DNA of 64,000 bases from Callorhinchus milii (taxonomy: Eukaryota): positions 65,350,001 to 65,414,000 of the forward strand of contig NW_024704743.1 of NCBI RefSeq assembly GCF_018977255.1. The letters run 5' to 3'. Positions 1-14,600 of the stretch are shown piece by piece; position 1 is the first letter of the stretch, and each line of letters begins with the position of its first letter. Below the pieces are notes generated by a model, which was not told where the DNA came from, searched no databases, and saw only the letters and a program-made list of their open reading frames with translations. The position numbers and the translations under genes were made by a program.

Positions 1-103
1 GGAATATTCATCCTCTGCATGAAAAATGCAGAAAACATCCATGACTTAAAATGGTTTAATAATATTATAATCTTCATTCCCCAGCATAGTACGGGTTACA
101 GAT

Positions 104-720
104 ACAACAACAATAACAACTTGCATGTATATAGCGCCCTCCGCGCAGGGTAGCGTCTCAGAGCACTTAACAGTGGCGGAGCCTGACTCCGACCCGGAGG
201 GAGTGGGAAGGTGGCCTTAAGCACAGTCGAAGAGGAAGGTTTTCAGGCGGGGCTTGAAAGAGGGGAAAGAGGAGGCAAGACAGAGGGATTGAGTGAGTGT
301 TTCAGAGTTTTGGGGCTGAAAGCACCACCTCCGATGGTGGGGCGGAGGGTGCGAGGGCCGAGCAGGAGGCCGGTGCTAGTCGAGCGTAGGAGTGATGGAT
401 TGGGGAGTGAGGAAAAATGAAAATGACGGATTTGATGGAAAATTATGCAAAATGACAGATACTTGATAGAAACATTGTTTAATTGTAATGTGCGACACCC
501 TTTTTAAAAAGGAAATAATAATAATTATAATAATCCTTGCACTTGATGGAGCGGCTTATCATGTCTTTGAGATGTCTCAAAGCGCTTCACAGAATATACT
601 GTAAAGTGAATTCACTGTATATTATGTGGACGAAACGTGGCAACCAATTGCGCACAGGGAGGAAGGGAGGGAGAAAAGTGTCTTAGCCAACAACTTTCCT
701 GCTAAAAATCAGTCATTCAC
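104..720 (-). mobile_element. Composite repeat: L2 3' end + ~120-bp unassigned segment + SINE 3' half + head-to-head SINE junction
   Basis: L2-type tail and (TTG)n at 104-390. 397-516 matches 38571-38686 inverted; 641-720 matches 15070-15158 inverted. Confidence 0.7.
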
Positions 721-1119
721 TGTTTAAGAGTTCTGCACTGTTTTGTGTTTATGTGTGCTAGAAGTATTAAACTCCAATGAGGTAAATCCCACATTCCTAA
801 TTAATTGCCAGCGCTCCGATACTCCATCCTGCATGAAGATGCTATATAAATGCAAGTTGCTGTAACTAATAGGATAATATAAGCCAGAAGTGATTCAATC
901 AGTTTGTTAAATGGAAGGCAAGATAGTAATCCCTGGATATGATAATGGGGCTTAGAACTGAAATTAAGCAAATCCAAAATGACTCACATTTTATTCAAAT
1001 CATTATCTAAATCATAATTGTGCTGCAGATGATCAGGTGCGTTATTATGTTGTACTCTTACTTTATGTTAGCAACATGAGTGTACAAAAACCTAAAATAT
1101 AGGAAGGGTGCTTTATTCC

Positions 1120-1560
1120 ATTAGAAACATAGAAATCTACAGCACAGAAGGAGGCCATTCAGCCAATCAAGTCTGCACCAGGTCACAGAGCAAGCCCCTA
1201 CTTTCCTCTTGAATGCTACAATGGACTCTGTCTCCATCCCCCTTTTATTGGGAAAGGACATTCCCCATCCCAATAAGTATGTGGGTGAAACAATTCCTCC
1301 CAAGTTCTTCTTTCGCTGTTCTTGTGGCGATCTTATAACTATGTCCCCCCGTGACTGACTCCCCTATCAAAGGAAATAACTTTTCCCTATTTACCTTAAC
1401 AAACTCCCTCAGAACCACAGAATTGTGTCCATCAGGTCCCCCCTCAACCTCCTCTGCTCCAGACAGACCCAGCTTCTCCAATATCTCCTCATAACTTTAA
1501 CCCTTTATCTCTGGAATCATTCTTGTAAACCTCCTCTTCAACCCACTAATGACTAACAGC
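1120..1560 (-). mobile_element. CR1 LINE 3' fragment
   Basis: Minus-strand translations KRRFTRMIPEIKG, LEKLGL, EKLFPL...GH.YKI and a CR1-type 3' tail. Confidence 0.75.
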
Positions 1561-2270
1561 TTTCCTGAAATTAAGTACCTAGGAATAGATATTTCAAATC
1601 TCCTATGGAACAGAGCCAGTCTATTAGTCCACCGATTGCTTGACTTAAAAAGGTTGTCAGTTCTGTGAACCTTGGTTTCCCTATTTATGGTTCTTATGCA
1701 CACTTCCAAATTTACCAACATTTAAAAGAGCCCAAACTGCATTTTACTCCAGCGGTACCCTGGAGGCCAGAAACGATCCCAAACTGCTGTTTTTAATGTA
1801 TTGATTTGAACATCTTCACTCTCACTTTCAAACCTCTTCACTCCTTGGCACTCTCCGTACCTCTCTGATCCCACAACCTTTGCTCAGCTGGCACAGGGCT
1901 GCTGCATGTCCTACGCTCCGTTGTTGTTGCTATTGTGAGTAAAAGCTTGCCAGCACTTACACAGAATTCAGATAAATCCTGTCCTGGCCAACAATCCCCC
2001 AAATAAAATTAGTCACTCACTTCATGGCTGTTCGTGGGACATTGCTGTGTGCATAATTAGCCCCCAAAATACACACAGTAACACACACTTTACAGTATAT
2101 CCTGTGAAGCACTTTTGAGACCTCTCGACAATGTGATAAGATGCAATATCAAACACAATAATTATTAGCAGTAGTATTATTAAGCTCAACGTGCAAGGTT
2201 TAACAAGTTAATTCCTTGACTTTTGTGTGAGAAATACTCATCAGCTGTTACAAGTTTGTTTGTTTTTCAG

Positions 2271-2684
2271 TTCCCTTCTGTAAACTAGTGGTGGATAGTA
2301 TGCAGTCAAGTTTATACAGTCCTGTTGTGACTCGGGCTCCATCTCTAGCCACCGTGTCTTCTTATAGAGCAACAGGAATGCCGAAGACTGCTGCCATCAC
2401 ACAACGAGCCCAGTCCCTGACCAGTGCCGACAGGACAATCCCCTGCTGTCCATCATCTGAAATCAACTCCAGCAATCTGAGCAGTACAGATACACCATAC
2501 CATACCGTTCCCACAAGGAACATCTCCACAGAGAGCATAACAAAGAAAACTAGGACCAACGCCTCTACCACCACAATGCTGGATCTATTCCCATTTCCAA
2601 TTCCTGAAGAAGAGTTTTCTGATGGAAGGCCTCACATTAGATCCCCACGTAATGCTCAGCCACAGAGGGAAAGGGCACTTTCAG
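2271..2684 (+). CDS. PKD1L1: PKD1L1 exon w1 ([10 protein letters not shown]...ERALS; S/T-rich REJ insert)
   Basis: tgtttttcag acceptor, CAG|gtaaga donor, 414 nt open frame, phase 1-1. Confidence 0.8.
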
Positions 2685-5600
2685 GTAAGAATTTCTGACT
2701 GTAATTTTAGGTTGCAATTTTAGATTGTGGGGAAAATTCATTGCACGTTGATGAAGTCACTCGATAGTTTATTCTTCGTATGCACATTGCACTGATTCAT
2801 TGCTAATTAACGGGACACAGCCTGTGATTGAAGGGGAGTAAATTCAGAACAAATCTGCGGAAACACTACTTCAGTGAGCGAGCAGTAAACGTATGGAATA
2901 GGCTCCCTAGGGAGATGGTGGAAGCAGAAAGTGTTGATTCTTTCAAGAACAAATTAGATAGATTTCTGTTAGAAAATAATATCTCGGGATACAGTATATA
3001 GTTTGGGACATGCCCTGTCAAGCGACTGATGGTGGAAGGCAAACTGGATGGACCCTGGTCTTCTTTTGCCTAGCCTAGCAAATTCTTATGTTCTTATGAT
3101 GCTGTGTACAGTTTTCTCTTGTTAATGCATTTTCTTTCAGGTGGCACCAGTGGCCAGAATGCCACTCTGAACGCCACCAGGGACCAGAAAACCTCTTATA
3201 CTTCTGAGAGACCACAGAGCTCATCACTGCCCAGGACTTCCTTTCCCATCTTAAATGGCTTCGGCAGCGGCTTAGGAAATAATGGCCCAGGGCTGGATGT
3301 GTTCGAAGGTGGAGGGGGTGAAAGGCCAGGTGAAGAAGAAAATATTAAAGATGATTCTTCCCTTCCCCCCCACTCACTCTGAAGAAATCTCCTTTCTGTT
3401 GCTGGCCCGATCCCAAACATCAGTGTTTGAGTGCAGCTAATAATAATATTAATAATAATAATTCTTGCATTTGATATAGCACCTTTTCACAACAACAACA
3501 AAATTACATTTGTATAGCTCCTTTCACGTCGGGAGGACGTCCCAAAATCACATCATTGAAACGTCTTAAAGCGCTTCACAGAATATATTGTGAAGTGAAT
3601 TGACTGTATATTTTAGGGCAAATCCCACAGTCTCTCCCCGCACCCCTTCCCTTGCCTCCTTCAAGACCCATCTCAAGACCCTCCTCTTTGACCATGCTTT
3701 CAATCTGCTTCCCCCCCTGCCCTCCACCCTCCCCAATTCCCGGCCCTCAGCTCAGGTCCGAAACTCTGACTGTCCAGCACCTTGGGATGTCCTCCCGATG
3801 TGAAAGGCGCTATACAAATGTAATTTTGTTGTTGTTGTTGTTGCGGGGTACTGACTCAACTCAAAACATTGAAGATTAAATAAAATATATGTAACTAAAA
3901 ACTAATCTGGCATCCTCTGTTTTTATTTTTGTGCTTTTTTGGGGGGTTCAGGAGCTGATAGCAGCAACATCAACATCAGTGGCACTTTCTTTGGAGAAGA
4001 CTCTTCAACAACAAGAGATAATTTTACTGATTTTGCAGGTAACTCTTCCATAGTTTTGGAGCTGCTCAGAGATAAGTGGCATTGGAACTCAGTACTTGAC
4101 TGATTTGAATGACGTTCTTTGTCTCGTATGCGCTGTATGGGCAGGGTTCCCTATCAGGCTGTTTGGTCCGTCCGTTCGGTGGATACCGGATTGCTTCAGG
4201 TCCCCCGCACTTCCTGCCCCACCATTGGTGGTCAGGCACTCAGCATCTCTCCTCCCACACTCTGGAACTCTAGGCTGGAATCCCTCTGCCTCACCCCCGC
4301 TCTTGCCTCCTTCACGTCCCGTCTGAAGACCTTCCTCTTTGACCGTGCCTTCAGCCAGCCTCCCACTCCCCTGCCCTCCTCCCCTTCTGACCCCAACTCC
4401 CAGCTCGGGTCCAAAACCCCTGATTATCCAGTGTCCTGGGACATCTTTCCGACATGAAGGGCGCTATACAAGTGTAATTTGTTGTTGTTGTTACTTCCTT
4501 ATCCTCCCGAATCTCTCCGTCTCAGTGAGACAGTATATTGTAGAATGCATATTGTATAGTAGTGTAGTGTATTATATAAAATTATGGAGAAAAATAACAA
4601 TTCTTGAACCCAGAAACAATTTTAATTGTTTTGCTTTGTAAGATTGTAATATTTACTCCAAGTAAGTCTCTTCATTTTATTTTATATCTTTGTACAGAAT
4701 ATGATATTCATTATAACGCTGTAGAAGGAACCTCTGGTTCTGGTGGGAGACCAGGATTTCAAGGTATGGTATGGTTAAATCATTAAATGTAACCGTGTCT
4801 GTCTCTCACTGCACTTTACCCCACTTCAAGACTTTAGTCCACAGTCGAGGCTGACACAGAGAGCAGCACTGTGTTATCAGCGACAATGTATTTCGGATCA
4901 GATGTTAAACTGAGGTCCAATCTGCCTACTTAGGTGAAATTTTACGATCCTATGGCATTATTCGAAAAGAAAAGGGAGTTTCTCCTGGCTACCATTTCTC
5001 CAAATTTAAAAAGTTGTTCATTCATTCATGGCTGTTTGTGGGACATTGCTGTGTGAAAATTGGCTGCTGGATTTGCCTACAAATATATATACACTACACT
5101 TTACAGAAAAAAATATGTGAAGCTCTTTGAAACATTTCAGATCATCCCAAATTCTCTCATCTCCATCTTCACCCGAAGTCTGTACAACCATTACCCCAGT
5201 CCTCACCAGCCTCCCTGTCTCCTAATGGATTGAATTGAAAGTCCTCACAATTGCCTATAAATCATTTCACCTCCCACTCTCTTTGATCTTCTCCCCAACT
5301 TCTCTGCTCATCCCATCTTCCATTTTAGCAGTTTTGTAGTGATGTGATTCTTCTGATTTGAGTGAGGGGAGCATAGGACTTGGCTGTGATGCTTAGTGAC
5401 TGTGTTTGCATGTAAAGAATGCTCACTTGAGCAAGATATTGCAGGGATCCTGACCCAATGAAACTGTACCAGTTTAGGCACCAACGGGTCAAATGGCCTC
5501 TCTCTGTGCTGTAAAATTTCTATGGTCAGAGGTATGAAGGCAGCAAAAAAAAAAAAACTTTTAACTGGTACTCCAGTTATTCATGGGAACTCCACTGAAA

Positions 5601-8600
5601 CATGATCTCCTTTTGGAGCACGTTCCTGTGGTCACATGAAGATATACTGCAAATGAAATCCCATTCCGTGCTTGGTGTTTTTTTGTGTTACAGGAGGTGG
5701 TGATGGTGGATCTTCTGGTGGCACTGGTGTGTTGGAAGGATCCAGTCTAGGATTAGGAACACAAGATGGTGACAGTGTTCTTCCAGACATTCAGCCTCAA
5801 CCTGCATTAAGACCCAGTCCCATGATCGAGTGGTCAAAAGTGGCCATTGATGATGTGAAACTTCAGAGCTATACTACAACAGGTAAATAAATGTGCAGAG
5901 CGAGAAGAGAAAAGGAACAGGCTTAATCTTCAGAATAAGGGTGTTCTAAATTGAAAAGCAATAATTTTTGACTTATTAATACTTTGATACCCTCTATGGC
6001 TGGAGCTGGTCTTGAAATACTACCGAGAAGCAATTCTTTTCAGAACAATGAAGTGAATGACAGCATCTGCTTACACGCAAGTACCATGCCAAACACACCT
6101 TAATAATCACTAGAACTTATACGTGAGGTAATAATGCATTATCGGAGGTGCGGTGCTTCAGCTGAGATGGTTCTGCTTGCCCATTTAGGTGGACATTGAA
6201 GAACCCATAAATGAGGGAACGGTGTTTTACCCGGTGTCCTGGCCAACAATCCTCCAGTTTAAATAGAGCAGTTACCATAAGCATGTTTGTCTGACGCATT
6301 TGCTATCGCATTTGCCCCAAATTATTGTCACTACATATTACAGAAAAACCTCAGAGAAGCACTTTGAGAAGTTTTGACTTGATAAGGCGCTCTTTCAAAT
6401 CAAGGATTATCGTCTGCTTTTTTTCCACAGGTATAAAATCGCAGACTTTAACATTTAAACCATTCAGTCTACAAAGTAAGAATGTTTACATGCTGGAAGT
6501 CACTGTAGGTGAGTAACAATGATTTTCTAAGCATCCAGAATTTGATGGTCCCCTGATGCGCACACAGTGAGTGTGTTATTTGCTGTTATTTTCTTCATGT
6601 CACTGTTTTTCTAGCAGGAGAAGAGAAACAATCAGGTAAAGCACAGCTTTTCTTCTCCACCACTGAGACTCCTCAAGGAATAACATGTGAAGTGCGGCCC
6701 AGTATAGGCCTGGAAATTGAAACACAGTTCAGCATATTCTGTACTTCAGGGAGAAAGGTGGGTTTGTGATATTAAAATGCGACTACAAAATTGTTGAATG
6801 CATGATTATAACAACAATAACAACTTGCATTTATATCGTGTCCTTTATGGACAATGATGTCTCACAGAGCTTTTGCATCTTGGGCAAGATTTCCTCTATT
6901 TCTGTACATTTTAAAACATGCAGAATTTGACAAATTCTTCAATGCAGCCTTAAATCTGGAGGCAGTTTTCTTTTAAGAAGTACAGAAAAACAGCTTCAAA
7001 GTTAAAAATTCATTCAAAAATTTGCCAAATTCTGGATACAATACAAAATTACATTTGTATAGTGCCTTTCACATTGGGAGGATGTTCCAAGGCGCTGGAC
7101 GGTCAGGGATTTTGAGCCAAGCTGAAGGTCGGGATTGGGGAGGGTGGAGGGCAGGGAGGGGAGGAGGGTGACCAAAGGCTCGGTAGAAGAGAAGGATTTT
7201 GGACGCGCTTTGAAGGAGGCAAGGGAGAGAGCGAGGTGAAGGGAATGTGGGATGGAGTTCCATAGAGTGGGCCACAGAGGCTGAAAGCTCGACCGCTGAT
7301 TATGGCCATAGCCAGGCAGGGGATGTGGAACAGCCAGAACCTGCTGAGTGGAGGGAGGGGATAGGTTGATATTGAGTCAGTGGGTTGCAGAGGTAAGGAG
7401 GGGCCAGGCCGTGGAGGGCCTTGAAGGTGAGGATGAAGATTTTGAAGTATATCCTCTGGGGGGGTGAAAAGCCAGTGGAGCCAGATGAGGGTGGGGGTAA
7501 TGGGGTCACAGAGCCTGGTGCGGGAGAGGACACAAGCTACAGAGTTCTGGATAATCTGCAGCTTGTGGAGGCAACAGTTCGGAAGGCCGACAAGGAGGGA
7601 GTTGGCGTAGTCGAGCCTAGATGTGAATGCATGGATGCGTGATTTGGTGGCCTGAGGGATGAGGCAGTGGCGGAGCTGGGCGATGTTGCGGAGGTTGGGA
7701 AAGGCAGAGAAGGTCATGGCACGGATGTGGGGTAGAAAGGACAGTTGAGGGTCAAACAAGACACCAAGGTTCCAGACTGGCTCAATGAGGTGGGGTGTGC
7801 ACCCTTGGATGGTGATGCTGTTAGTGCCTGAGGTGTGGAGGCGCCTCAGTCTTGTTGATATTCAACTGTAGAAAGTCAGCTCTTATCCAGGACTTGATGT
7901 CTGACAGGCAGTCTGTGAGGACTAGAGTCGAAGGTGGAGGGAGAAAGCTGGAGTTGGGTTTCATTCGCATACATGTGGAAATTGACTCCATGTCTGCGGA
8001 TGATGTTACCAAAAGGGAGCGTACAGATATTGAAGAGGAGGGGACTAAGGACAGAGCCCTGAGGAATACCACACGAGATGGTGCGGGGAATGGAGAAGCC
8101 GTTTGTGGAGAACAAGTGGAGATGGTGTGGGAGGTAGGATCTGAACCAGTCAAGGACAGAACCATGAAGGTTGAGGTGAGAGGAGAGGCGATGCAAGAGG
8201 ATAGAGTGGTCAATGGTATCATAGGCAGCAAAGAGGATGAGGAGGCAGAGGGAGCCCTGGTCACAGATGGACAAAATGTCATTTTTCACTTTGATCAAAG
8301 CTGTTTCTGTGCTGCTGGTGATTGGAGGGGTTCATGAAGGGAGTGGCGGGAGAGGAAGGAGTGAAGAAGGGAAGCAACGACTCATTCCAGGACCTTGGAA
8401 AGGAAAGGGAGGTTGGAGATGGGGTGTTAATTTGAAAGCAGGAATGGGCCCAGAGAGGGTTTTTTAAGGATAGGAGTGATGACGGCTGTTTTTAAAAGGG
8501 TGGGGCGGTGCCAGTGGACAGGGAGAGGTTTATGATGTCTGTGATTAGACGGGCAAGGAGGTGGAGCTGGGAGGTAAGGAGAAGGGTATGGATGGGGCTG

Positions 8601-11600
8601 AGGGAACAGATGGTCGGAAGTCCAGCATCTTCGCAGTTGGAGTTGGAGGAGAGGGTGGTGGGAGGAGCTGGTTGGTGATGAAGATGAGGAGCTGGTTGGA
8701 GATGGAGATGAGGAGGCTGTGGTTGTCCTTGGCCTCCAAGATTGCGAAGGACAATTTAGCAGAGGCAAGGGCGGAGCGATAAGTTTTGATGAGGTTCAGT
8801 CAGATCTGCCGATGGACCGTTAACCATCGGCAGATCTGAGCCGGAGCTGTTCGGGGGCATGCATCTGTGCCTTGAGGGAATGGAGGTGGCTGGCGTACCA
8901 GGGTGAGTTGCGTGAGTAAGAGGCAGGTTTGGAGGTGAGAGGGGCAAGGACATCGAGAGTGGCAGAGAGGGAGTTGTGGAGGATAGTGACCAAGATGGAT
9001 AGGTCATTGCTGGAGGAAGCCCAGAGGGAGAGGAGTTCAGATGACTCCCAAGGAATCGGAGAGGGTTTGACCTGTGAGGAGAGGTTGAATAAACTAGGCG
9101 TATATTCTTTAGAATATAGAAGAATTAGATGTGTTCTTATAGATTCCTATAAGACTCTTAATGGTCTTGACAGGGTAGATGCCATGAGACTGCTTCCCCT
9201 GGTTGGAGAATGTAAAACTAGGGGTCATTGTCTCAAGATAAAAAGTCAGCCCTTTAGAAATGAGTTGAGAAAACATTTCTTCACTCAGAGGGTAGTGAAT
9301 TTATGGAATTTTCTACCCCAGAAGGCTGTGGATGCTCAGGCATTGGACACATTCAAGACTGAGATCGATAGATTTTTAAAAACTAAAGGGATTAAGGGAT
9401 ATGGGCATAGGTAATGGTTAGAAAATCAGTCATGATCTTATTAAATGGCAGGGCATGCTTGAGGGGCAGAATGGTCTACTCCTGCTCCTAGTTCTTATGT
9501 TCTTATGAAATCCATTTCAATGATAAGCAGCATTTTTTAAAATTTAAATAACATATGTGGGTAAATGCTTTGAACCATTTTTAACTTTAATTAATTTAAA
9601 TAAAGTGAAAATTGTAGAAACAAATATGAGCCATCGGCATTCTACGAACACAAAGGTGGTGAATAGATGATTACTTAGCATTTGGGGGCCAGTTTGAATG
9701 GAATATAAGTCAAGATAACTGAGAAGAAAATACTTTTCTTGGAAATCATGAGGGGAAGGAATACCTTCAAATCAATTTGAATCACAGATAGACTGGACTT
9801 AAATTAATGATTAATTTGAAAAGTGAAAAATAATCTAGAAACTAAACCAACTTGTTATTAATATATCTAGACAGGAAGGTTTGAGAAAAAGGATTAGTGG
9901 GCCATAAAGTACACTGCTGGTGGAAACCCCCTCACTCACCCCATTCCACCTAGCTCACAATATACACTTACACATCTCTCCTTGTGATGGACACTTGGTG
10001 AAATGTTATATTGTAGACTAACACTGCAGCCAATAAAACTTTAGACTAATAAAATGTAAGTATTTATGGAATCAAAGCTGATCCCAGATCCTAGTGTGCA
10101 GACCTCCCCAGACTGTCTAGAAACATTAAGTAGACACTTGTTTTCTTTCTCCATTGTACTCCAGAGGAATGTGATGGACATTTCCCTCTGCACTAGAAAG
10201 GATCAGATACTCCACTGCCAGAGATCTGACTCAGATCTCTCCTGGACTGACCAGCCTTACAACAATGAAAAGAAAATGAACATATGTATGAACTGGAAAC
10301 AAATTCAATTGAATGCAGTCCTCCTACCTTAGGTCACCAGGGAATATTGACATTATCTATATTTTCAATTTGACTCTGTTGTTGTGGTCCAGAGAGCAAC
10401 CAGACATCATGACAGAAAGTAGCTGACTGTGGGATGCACACATTGGTATTAAGAAAACATTCAAAACAGTGGTATTATTCAGAGCTACCTCATGATGATT
10501 GGAATAAATTGATTTTGAATCCCAAACACTAGCACATTGTTTCTCAATTTCAATCTAGAGCATTGAGATCGTAGGGTGGGGATTAATATCCTCTTCCAAA
10601 CACTACATTTAGTGGAATAAAGCCCAGCAAAAATTGGATAAAGCCTCTTCAGTCACAATTCTGTGAACCTGAACAAGATACAGTAAATTGACCTGTTTAT
10701 TTCTTCCATGGCATTTGCTTTGCCTAACTTTTAATTACTGTAGTAACAAGGAGCAATGTACCTTAGCAATTGCCTTCTGCATTTTTTAACCAAAAAGATT
10801 ATGACTGAGGTTGCAGTGGTGAAAATTATTTGACAATCTCTGCCTAATTAAAGGATATTGAGGGTCTGAAGCCAGAAACTGTTAGGCTGGAATGTGTTTT
10901 TTCTCTCATTGAAGGACCTATTTTTCGAGTATAGTTACAGCGTTGGCAACTCAACAGAAATCCTTCTGCATGAAGGAATGGATCACGAGTACTACTTCAA
11001 TCTGCCAGCTGGAGACAAGGACGATGGGTATAAACGTAAGTCGCAAACATCGTTACATTAAAAATCATGTTATTCAGATCTACAGCTTCTGAACTTACAA
11101 TACAAATTGACATTTATAGAGCATCTTTCATATCATGAGTTTACAGTATATACTGTGAAGTGCTTTCGGACGTCCCGAAGACGGGATAAAGCGCTATATC
11201 AAATGCAAGTATTATTATTATTCCAAAATGTTTAACAGTTCTGGCTTGGCACCCGAGCTAGGGGTGGGAGCCCAGATGGTGGGGAAAGCAGTAACTTGAC
11301 TTCCTTTAGGGAGTCTGATACTCTTAATGCCACTGAGGGAAGCTGCACTGACAAATCACACCCAAGTTATGGTCTGAAATGATGGATTTAAGATAAAAAC
11401 AGTCCACTCAACAAATAACTTTTTTTGACTTGCAAAGAAGTCAATAAATTAATTTTCTAGCTCGCCGATCAGGTGATTAAAATGAATTGTGATATAAAGT
11501 CTTATGCTACAGCTTGCGGCAAGTGTTTTATGGGCTTGAAGGCACTCGGAGTTCTGTGTTCTGTAAGTAGGAACCTGAAACCTTGACAACAGCCACTCAA

Positions 11601-14600
11601 CATCTGTTGTGCAGTACAGTAAACTTTTATAGGTTTATTCTCAATGGTTTCCCACTTTATCATTGCCCTCCAACCCCAACACCATGCAGTGCTGTTGGTC
11701 CTCAGCCAACTCTCAACTTCTTTGTTGACTGCCACTGGTGGTCAAGATTGCCTATATTGGAAGAAAATATTCTGTCAGGACAAGTTACTTGCACCCTTTC
11801 TCTTTCCTTCACTGCCCGGAGTCTGGAATGTACCATTCCTATAAAATACATTCCATCAAGTAACTGAGCTGAGAACTGGTTAAGACTGTAGTAGAGGAAG
11901 CTCTGGCTTGGCACCCTGACTATGTGCCTCTCTTCATTTGTCTCAATGAACCACTCCCATCACTTTTACCACAGTATTTTATATATGTAATTAGGTGACT
12001 GGCAAAAAACCCACCTCAATTTAATTTTACTTTTTTTTAACTGATTCTTTCTGAAACCCATCTGAACAGGGAGAAAAATGTGATTGTGATAATTATCACA
12101 AGAATAGCCCTTGCATTTGAGGTACTGCCTTATCCCATCATCAAAACGGTTCACAGGATTTATTGTAAAGTACATTGACTGTGTATTTGTAAGTCAACCC
12201 AGCAGCCAATTTGTACATATCAATGTCTCACAAACAGCCAGGAAATGAATAACCAATTTTATTTGGGAGATTGTTGGCCAGGACTTCGGAAGAAACTACG
12301 TGTTTTTTTGAATAGTGCAATCTTTAACATTTACCTGAACATGCAGATGGGACCTATGTTTAATGTCTCTTCTGAATGAAGGCACCTCTCACAAAATAGT
12401 CCTCTCTCAGCACTACATCAGAGGGTTAACCTAGCCTATGAGCTGAAATTTCCATCAAAGGAATTGAACCCACAACCTTGTTAGTCAGACTGGTACAGAC
12501 GGAAGAGTACACTGGGATATAAGAAATATCCTTGTCTTAGGCTTTTGCCACAGCTGCTTTTCACATGTTGCTCCTATACATGACTGGTCATGGATTATTT
12601 ATCTTTCATTATTCCCTCCTACTTTCCAGACAAGTACCTGACTGCATATTGGTCAATCATGATGGCACATAACTGTTATCAACTTGCTGTGTGTGGAATC
12701 ACCAACGTAAATCCATTTCCCACTATTTCATTGCACATCTTGTATCCCAGTGCATTCTTTCCTCTAAACTACACTCCTCATGATGCCTTTCTTTTAAATC
12801 TACTTGCTAACAATGCTTCTTTATTTGTTTCTTTATCTTTGTAGTCACCATCAACACTGTGATCACCAATTTATTTGGATCGAAAACTAAACCTTGCTCA
12901 GTGATTCCCACTGTGCTGCCCAGCATTAACAAAAGTGAAGAACTGTAAGTGATTTAATTTTTCTGAAATATAATCAATATGTCCAGTTTCAAGAATGTCT
13001 TAATTTGTCAACTATAATCAATAACGTCAAGTTTTAATTCCTTTTATACCAGTCTCCTGCTTCTGCAAAAGCTGAAAGACCTCTTTTTCTCTGCCCATTC
13101 ATTTCTTCCCTCCTGAAAAGAATAACAACGTTCACTGATATAGCATCTTTCATGTTGGAGGACGTTTCAAACATTTACAGTGATGGAGTGGGAGATGGAG
13201 TAGGAGGGGGGTGGCATAAGGTCAGTCAAAGAGAGAGGTTTTTAGATGGGGTCTCAAAGCAGAAAGGGAAGGAGCAAGATGGAAGGATTCAGGAAGAAGG
13301 CTCCCGAGAGCCAGAGAAAAGCAGCTGAATGAACGTCTGACAGTGATGGAGTGGTGGTGGGGGTCATAAAGCAAGCCTTTAGTAGGATAAAGTTTCACAC
13401 TGGTTACCCTCTAGTAATACACCCAAATGTTCATATGTTAGCTTTGAACAGTGATTGTTAATAGGCTATTTGACATGGGGGTGGTGGGGGGGAGAGGCAT
13501 TGTAATCAAGCCCAGACCAGCCGCATCCAGCTTCCAAATAAACACACACCTCCAGTGGGGGGTGGTAGGAGGGGGCAGTGCTGGGTCATGATTAGGGTGT
13601 CAAACCCTTGCTGCTCTTCTTAAGATGGGGCACTGAGGCAATCTCTAATGACCTTTGCTGAGATTAGCCATCCCAGCACATTTTAGAGATCAGCTAAAAG
13701 AGGCCAGGATTGAAGTGATCATTTTTTTTCTTGAAGGATTATTATCAGGCATGTGGAGTAAGGAAACTTGCCCAAGCTTTCACCCTGCCAGGAATCGAAC
13801 TCAGGTCTCTCGCTTGCAAGGCGAGTGCTCTAACTACTGAGGTACAGGACTCCACGGCTTGATTCTGTGATGGATGAACCGTAGGGCGGGTATTCAGGAG
13901 GGATGAGATCAGATGGATTTAAGGGTCTTCTTCATCCAAACTAATTTTGTGATCTTCTGAATAAACATGCCAGATTATTGGGGACCTCCAGACAAAATTT
14001 TTAAAATAAAAACTATTATTCATTATTTTGCCAAAGAATTATGAAAGAGCATTTAATATTGTCAGTTATCATGAGTGGTAATGATTTTTCCCACTTCTCG
14101 CCTGCTAACCCTGTAAGTTAAAGCCCTAACTGGTTTGGTGGTCCAAACTGGACAAGCAGTGGGAAGTTTGCCAGTACTTGCAAATAGTAAGCTTGCTTTT
14201 TAACTGGCTAAGTTCCAGCAGTACCCCAGATAGACACTTTAGGATCCCCAAACCTTGTCTATTGCCAACCTACACTTAATACTTTCCAGGATTAGTTAGG
14301 TGAACAAGGTGTGTTCCTCTGGAGAGCGAGTACGTCCTCCATTCCAGACAAACAGAAATTTCTTTGCATATGTGAAAGTCTCAGCAGTTTAGCTTGGATA
14401 CTATTAAGTCTGGTGATGTGTTTCCACATGTGTCAGACAGCTGGTTGAGAATGATCGAGTCCCCCCACACCCCCCCCCCACACACATCATTAATAAAATA
14501 AGGCTTATTACGCATGATCATAAGAAAAATAGAAAAAGTAAATGCTGAAAGTAGAAGTAATTTTCCTCCTTACATTCAGATTTATTCAAGGCCTCAAGAA

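Noticed and set aside
2362..2574. 70-aa hydrophobic minus-strand ORF
   Set aside because: Antisense of Thr-rich exon w1; hydrophobicity follows from codon complementarity.
7852..8337. 161-aa + strand ORF
   Set aside because: Antisense shadow of the minus-strand L2 RT region; no splice fit with PKD1L1.
8929..9414. 161-aa ORF as a host gene or L2-CR1 fusion protein
   Set aside because: Chance read-through from antisense L2 into a truncated CR1 3' end.
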